Positions 58,296-64,000 of a stretch of 64,000 bases of DNA are shown here, one piece after another (positions within the stretch are counted from its first letter, which is position 1; each line of letters starts with the position of its first letter). Source of the stretch: Macrostomum lignano (Eukaryota); the NCBI GenBank assembly GCA_002269645.1, contig NIVC01002591.1:58645-122644 (forward strand). The letters run 5' to 3'. Position numbers and translations under genes: made by a program. The notes under the pieces were generated by a model that was given only the letters and a program-made list of their open reading frames with translations, did no database searches and had not been told where the DNA came from.

Positions 58296-59589
58296 GAAAA
58301 GACCTATCGCTACTTTTGTGCTGACAAAACTGAAACTCGGTAGTGCATTTTAAAATGAGTTTCGTCATCCTAAACCGATGCAGGAATTTACGTAGGGGAT
58401 TTTAGAGGAAAGATTCAGATTCAAGCAGATAAAGAATATTAAATCCCGACCCATTGCCAACCGCGCATGAACGGCAAAACAAAAGCCACTGTTGAGTCAG
58501 CCACAGCATGCACGGGGGAAGGAGTCGAGATTAAGGCATGCGAGCATAGCCTAAGCTTGTCTCTGCATCCTGTTCCCCTCTTCCCTACATGCTAGCCTAA
58601 GCCCCTCAACATCCCCTCTTGTCTTCCCCGGTAACTCTATATCCGTTATCTCCTCCCCATTTCCCTCTGCCCCAACCGGGGCCGTCCTCGCCTTAAATGA
58701 AAATAAAAATAAGATTCCACCCAACCAACCCACCCCAAACCCCCGAAGATGTCGAGGATTATGAGGCTGAGCTGAGCATGTTGACTAAAGGAGGCTTCTA
58801 CCCAATGCTTTGTGTTGGCTCACGGGGGAATGGGGATGGCATATTAGGGGACTGGCAAAGCGGAGGCGGACAGAGAGGGGAGAGGAGAAGAGAGGGAGCA
58901 AATGAGGATTTTAATATAGGCCCGGCGCGTGTCCACCTTTCCCTCCCCTTTCCTCTCATCGTTCCTTCCTCCTCATCGCCCCCCCCCCCCGACTCGTGAG
59001 CAGGGTGAGCAGGCCTTGCATTTCTACAATCACAAATCCCATGGGAGGTTCAGAGTTCCGTCAGCTCTCTATTGTTTTTGGCTACAGCAGCTACAGGAGG
59101 GCATGCAGTTGCGTACGCCCGGCTCTGTAGGGGCGAGACTATGCGGAGAGAGAGGAAGGAGCTGCCTCTGGGTTAGGGTTGGAGTTAAAGCCCGCAGATC
59201 TCAGCCATTCTCTCTTACTATTACTACTCCCCTTCCCTCTGTCTCTCACTCTATCCGCTATTGGGTGTGGGAGGTGCAGAGGGGATCAGAGCGCCCGTCA
59301 ACCTCCCTCCTACAGTTGCAAAACTATTAGGCTTCCGCTCCTGCATGCCCTGTCTGCGCTATTCGCCAATTCTCTCTACTGTTGTGTGCGTCTCTAGTTT
59401 TTAAACTGAGTTACATTTTTGAATAATATAAACCACAGCTATACTGAAACAGTTGGATTAGCCTGTCTAACTTTGTTATTTGTTGTAATCATTTTAACTT
59501 TTTTAAGGTAAGACTTTTTAAAATGCTTGTCTAGCTTAGAAAAGATAAGATTAAGAGGGTTAATAATAAGAAAATAGTTGAGATGTTGG

Positions 59590-60180
59590 AAAGGGCAGAG
59601 GGGAGAGAGGAGAGGAGAGGAGAAAAAAGAAAGGAGAGATAAGAGAGTAGAAATGAGAGAGGGGAGAGAGAAGAGAGGGGAGAGAGGAGAAAGGAGACAG
59701 GAGACAGGAAAGATATGAGACAGGGGACGAGAGAGGAGAGAGGAGAGGGAGAGAGCAGAGGGCAGAGAAGAGAGGGAAGAGAGGAGAGATATGAGACAGG
59801 AGACGAGAGAGGAGAGAGGAGAGGGGGGAAGAGAGAGGAGAGATGAGAGGGGAGAGAGAAGAGAGGGGAGAGAGGAGAAAGGAGAAAGGAGAGAGGAGAG
59901 ATGAGAGGGGAGAGAGAAGAGAGGGGAGAGAGGAGAAAGGATAAAGGAGAGAGGAGAGAGGAGAGGGGGGAAGAGAGAGGAGAGATGAGAGGGGAGAGAG
60001 AGAAGAGAGGGGAGAGAGAAGAGAGGGGAGGGAGAAGAGAGGGGAGAGAGGAGAAAGGAGAGAGGAGAGAGGAAAGATAGGAGACAGGAGACGAGAGAGG
60101 AGAGAGGAGAGATGGGAGACTAGAGAGGAGAAAGAGAAGGGAGAGGAGTGGGGGAGGAGAGGGAGAAGGGAGAGGAGGCA
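59590..60180. repeat. GA-rich polypurine low-complexity tract
   Basis: Direct inspection. Confidence 0.9.
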
Positions 60181-60599
60181 TGAAGCCACCAGGTATATCC
60201 ACTAATTATCAGCAAGGTAGCCATGCAGCCATCAATGCATCAGTTAATCCCTGTTGCTCCGTAAAATATCAATCGATCAATGATCTGGATAAGATATGCC
60301 TTGACTTTGGAGAATGGTATAACCGCACGAGTTAAAAAGCCTTGTATGCAGTGAGGCTTTGACTGAGCATTTGCAGCTAGGTCAATACTCAAGCGATCGA
60401 TGAGATGAGCTGAGCTCGAGTTCGGCAAACAGTGCTCGCATTCCTGCTAACAGCTGGATCTGGATGGCAGATCAACAGTGCGCTTGCCGGCCAGGGTCAG
60501 CCTCAAGTCAGCATTGAGGAGGCGTGCGAGAGCGAGAGAAAAGCAAATATAAGCAGTGTAGCTCGAATTTGCGGCTGCGTTCTGGTTATTGCTGAAGGC

Positions 60600-60870
60600 T
60601 GGAGGAAGAGAGAGGAAGGGATAAAGGGAGGAAGGGAGAGATTAAGGGAGAGAAGGGAGAGAGAGGAAGGGAGAGAGGAAAGGAGAGAGGAAGGGAGAGA
60701 TTAAGGGAGAGAGGAAGGGAGAGAGAGAAATGGAGAGAGGAAGGGAGAGAGAGGAAGGGAGAGAGGAAGGGAGAGACGAAGGGAGAGAGAGAAAGGGAGG
60801 AAGGGAGAGACGAAGGGAGAGAGAGAAAGGCATAAAGAGAGGAAGGGAGAGACGAAGAGAGAGAGAGAGC
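60600..60870. repeat. GA-rich polypurine low-complexity tract
   Basis: Direct inspection. Confidence 0.88.
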
Positions 60871-61559
60871 AGAGAAGGTGCCAATAGAGGTCGAATGGAG
60901 GTGGACTGGTAATTGTAGCTGACGGCACTGGTGACTCAAGTGTTATGCAACCAACAAACTAGACGCACAATGACCTCCCAGCCTCACGCAGGGCAAAATC
61001 TCTTCAATCACTGGGAAACAATGCTTAACAGTATACCAATTCCCACAGTGAGTGTATCCATCTCCACTAGAAAATCCAGTTGATACTCAAAGCCCTCAAG
61101 TGAGCCGAATTCTACCGAAGCCGAACCAATGCGGTCCGGCCTATCGGACCAGATGCTCGAGAGGCATAAGCCTTAGCTTAATCCCTGGCCACTGGCTTTA
61201 GGGATTTCCATTAAAAGCTTTAGCAAGATATTGCACTGCACTGGCGGAGGGAGGGTAGCCCAACTAATCCTTAATGCCGAGTAGCAGCTAGAAAGCATTT
61301 ATTATTTATTATAAATATATATCCATAAATAAGGCTTCAACTTCTGCTTCTGTTTTAAATCCCCAATTTTTGGACGAAGAGAGATAAGCTCAAAGAGGTA
61401 AAGTTTAGCTGGCAAGTGGCTTAGTACGGGTAATAAAAACTCAACTCTAAATTTGATTAAGGCCCTGTTTTACTCTGCAAAGTTATTATTATTCCCAACT
61501 CTATTCTAGCTACTTCTTAGTAGGCAGTTGAGTAGATTTTTTACCGGGATACAGATTCG

Positions 61560-62115
61560 ATTATGGGATAATTCACCCTAGAGGATAACTGGGATCAGGA
61601 GTATAGATTCAAGTGTGGGATGATTCTGCCATTGGGATAATTGAGATCAGGGATACAGATTCAAGTGTGGGATGAATCTCCCATTGGGATAATTGAGATC
61701 AGGGATACAGATTCAAGTGTGGGATGATTCTGCCATGGATAACTGGGATCAGGGGTACAGATTCAGATGTGGGATGATTCTCCCAATGAGATAACTGGGA
61801 TCAGGGTACAGATTCAGATGTGGGATGATTCTCCCAATGGAATAATGGGATCAGGGATACAGATTCGGGTGGGGGATGAATCTCCCATTGGGATAATTGA
61901 GATCAGGGATACAGATTCAAGTGTGGAATGATTCTCCCATTGAGATAACTGAGATCAGGAATACAAATTCGGGTGTGAGATGATTCTCCCATTGGGATAA
62001 CTAGGATCAGGGATACAGATTCCGGTGTGAGATGATTCTCCCAATGGGATAATTGGGATCAGGGATACAGATTCGGATGTGGGATGATTCTCCCAATGGG
62101 ATAATTGGGATCAGG
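61560..62115. repeat. 52-bp minisatellite (GGGATAATTGAGATCAGGGATACAGATTCAAGTGTGGGATGATTCTCCCATT)
   Basis: Period of 52 verified at 61634/61686. Confidence 0.9.
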
Positions 62116-62188
62116 GCCACATGTCTATAAATTTCCATAGAAAAAATACCTTTCCTTCCATTTCCGAAAAAAAAATATTTGTTTCTAG

Positions 62189-63494
62189 GGACGCATTCAG
62201 ACACGACCTCCATGACTGCACAGCCCAACTCGGACAGTGGAGAATATTTGACCATAGCAACTGCAGCAAGAGCAGAGGCACCGGCACCAGCCGCTGCGGC
62301 CTCGTGTGCGGGCAGCCATTGGCGAGAATATCAGCAGGTGCTGTCAAATAATGCCAGCCATTCCATGCCCAGCTCGGTCTGGGCTGAGGCTCTGACGGAA
62401 ATGGTGAGTTTAATGATTTTTTGTCTAGGTACCAGGTATCTCTGGCGCTGGCGCCCCTGGTGCTGGCGCCCCTGGTGCTGGCGCCCCTGGTGCTGGCGCC
62501 CCTGGTGCTGGCGCCCCTGGTGCTGGTGCCCCTGGTGCTGGCGCCCCTGGTGCTGGTGCCCCTGGTTCTGGCGCCCCTGGTGCTGGCGCCCCTGGTGGTA
62601 AAGCCCCTGGTGCTAAAGCCCCTGGTGCTAAAGCCCCTGGTGCTAAAGCCCCTGGTGCTAAAGCCCCTGCTGCTAAAGCCCCTGCTGCTAAAGCCCCTGC
62701 TGCTAAATCCCCTGGTGCTAAATCCCCTGGTGCTAAAGCCCCTGGTGCTAAAGCCCCTGGTGCTAAAGCCCCTGGTGCTAAAGCCCCTGGTGCTAAAGCC
62801 CCTGCTGCTAAAGCCCCTTGGTGCTAAAGCCCCTTGGCGCAAAAGCCCCTGGTGCTAAATTCCCTGCTGCTAAAGCCCCTTGGTGCTAAAGCCCCTTGGC
62901 GCTGAAGATCCTGGTGCTAAATTCCCTGCTGCTAAAGCCCCTTGGTGCTAAAGCCCCTGGTGCTAAAGCCCCTTGGCGCTAAAGCCCCTTGGCGCTAAAG
63001 CGTGGCGCTAAAGCGTGCCCCTAAAGCCCCTGGTGCTAAAGCCGCCCGGGTGCTAAAGCCGTAAAAACCCAGTCGAAAAAATGGCGCCGATTCAAATTCA
63101 AAAGACTCGAAGTTACCCCAAGTTACCAAGCTCCAAGTTACACGTAAAGCCCAGACTACACATCCCAGCTCTAATAGGCAGCAAATTCTCATCCGCAGGA
63201 ACTCACGGGAGGCGTGCAAGCCAGCCAGCTGCTGCCGCTGTACCGCACCGCGCTGTCCAGCTGCCCCTACTCTGTGCAGCTCTGGTGCCAGCTGATCGAC
63301 TGTCAGGTGCGCTCGGGGCGACTTGGTCGCAAGTGAGAGACACCTGCGAGGCGGCGCTGAACTCTGGCCTGCACCGCGAGGATGACATCGACGCGCTGAG
63401 GACAAAAATGGGCAACTGCGCAGCCGCCTACGGAGTCTCCTGTCCAGAGGAATCTGGAGATGATGACGTCATCGCTTCTTCTAATCAGTCATAG
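62189..63494 (+). CDS. 3' exons of a HAT/TPR-like helical-repeat protein (62189-62403 and 63199-63494, one apparent -1 frameshift at 63315-63318); upstream exons not resolved
   Basis: Acceptor tttctag| at 62188, donor ATG|gtgagt at 62403, acceptor catccgcag| at 63198. The spliced product contains LYRTALSSCPYSVQLWCQLI, resembling HAT repeats (ALxxCPxSxxLW). It continues GATWSQVRDTCEAALNSGL if one G is added to GGGG. Confidence 0.45.
62440..63060. repeat. Compound 15-bp minisatellite (GCTGGCGCCCCTGGT block then GCTAAAGCCCCTGGT block), intronic
   Basis: Direct inspection; same architecture as 45100-45620. Confidence 0.92.
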
Positions 63495-64000
63495 TAATTA
63501 ATATTGGCTCAGACTGGCGATGGACTGTGCCAACAGGATTTCATAGGATCGAATTGCAGGAGCTTTGACTCTTTACTTTGCCAGTGATCCTTGGTAGTAG
63601 AAGCAATCAATGCCTTTGATGGAATCAATTCGAAATACATGTATCAGTCTAGATTTTATAAATAAGCATTCCAATGGATACTGTTACAAGCATTGTATAT
63701 TCACAGGTTTCAAATAGTTTTTGTGCTTTTCAATTACTACGAGTATATGTCTGTGTTTTCTTAAAAAATAACAATATTGTAGACGATATTGAATACAACA
63801 AATATAACCATGTGTTGTCCAAGGTCTGATTCTCACACAACTGATACATAAATCAATGCGTAGACTAGCATTTAATCGTCTATGGCCAAAAGGGGGATCT
63901 ATGGAGCAGCTAGTTTTGTGAATTTTTGGTGCAAAATTGATCCATTCCCACACAGAATATTCACAAAACGCGCAATAATGGTTTCTACTACGAAAGAATT

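Noticed and set aside
58551-61250. GC-balanced segments and short ORFs that might be exons or a retroelement 3' end (e.g. ...CCTTAAATGAAAATAAAAATAA at ~58700; donor-like CCCACA|gtgagt at ~61045)
   Set aside because: No recognisable protein motif, no consistent phase chain to the 62189 exon and no TSD.

Overview
Eukaryotic (animal) genomic DNA with GC-rich exons and introns filled with minisatellites. The style is consistent with a free-living flatworm such as Macrostomum (inference only). Manual splice reconstruction gives, left to right: (1) an inverted, tail-to-tail pair of intron-containing cytosolic Hsp70 genes (A on +, 5' exon outside the window; B on -, complete, with TATA box and a perfect heat-shock element). 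(2) Inside the last intron of each Hsp70, a 170-bp tandem array whose every unit is a U14-type box C/D snoRNA (4 units in A, 3 in B; one B spacer carries a 290-bp hAT-like MITE). (3) A 4-exon Bak-like Bcl-2-family gene whose first intron holds a decayed RNase H-bearing LINE. (4) An 8-exon small HERC (HERC3/4-like) E3 ligase with two single-base frameshifts in one exon. (5) A 4-exon Vav-like GEF on - (CH-acidic-DH-PH-C1-SH2, no SH3). (6) Nested on the opposite strand in Vav intron 3, a 2-exon gene absent from the ORF track that encodes an 85-aa secreted prepropeptide ending KR|CTSVFHPMACFGIWQL, a putative cyclic neuropeptide. (7) The 3' exons of a HAT/TPR-like protein. About 25 mini/microsatellite arrays account for almost all long ORFs in the track, which are artefacts. 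The most interesting signals are the multi-U14 single-intron arrays (with a shifted domain-B guide) and the nested neuropeptide gene.
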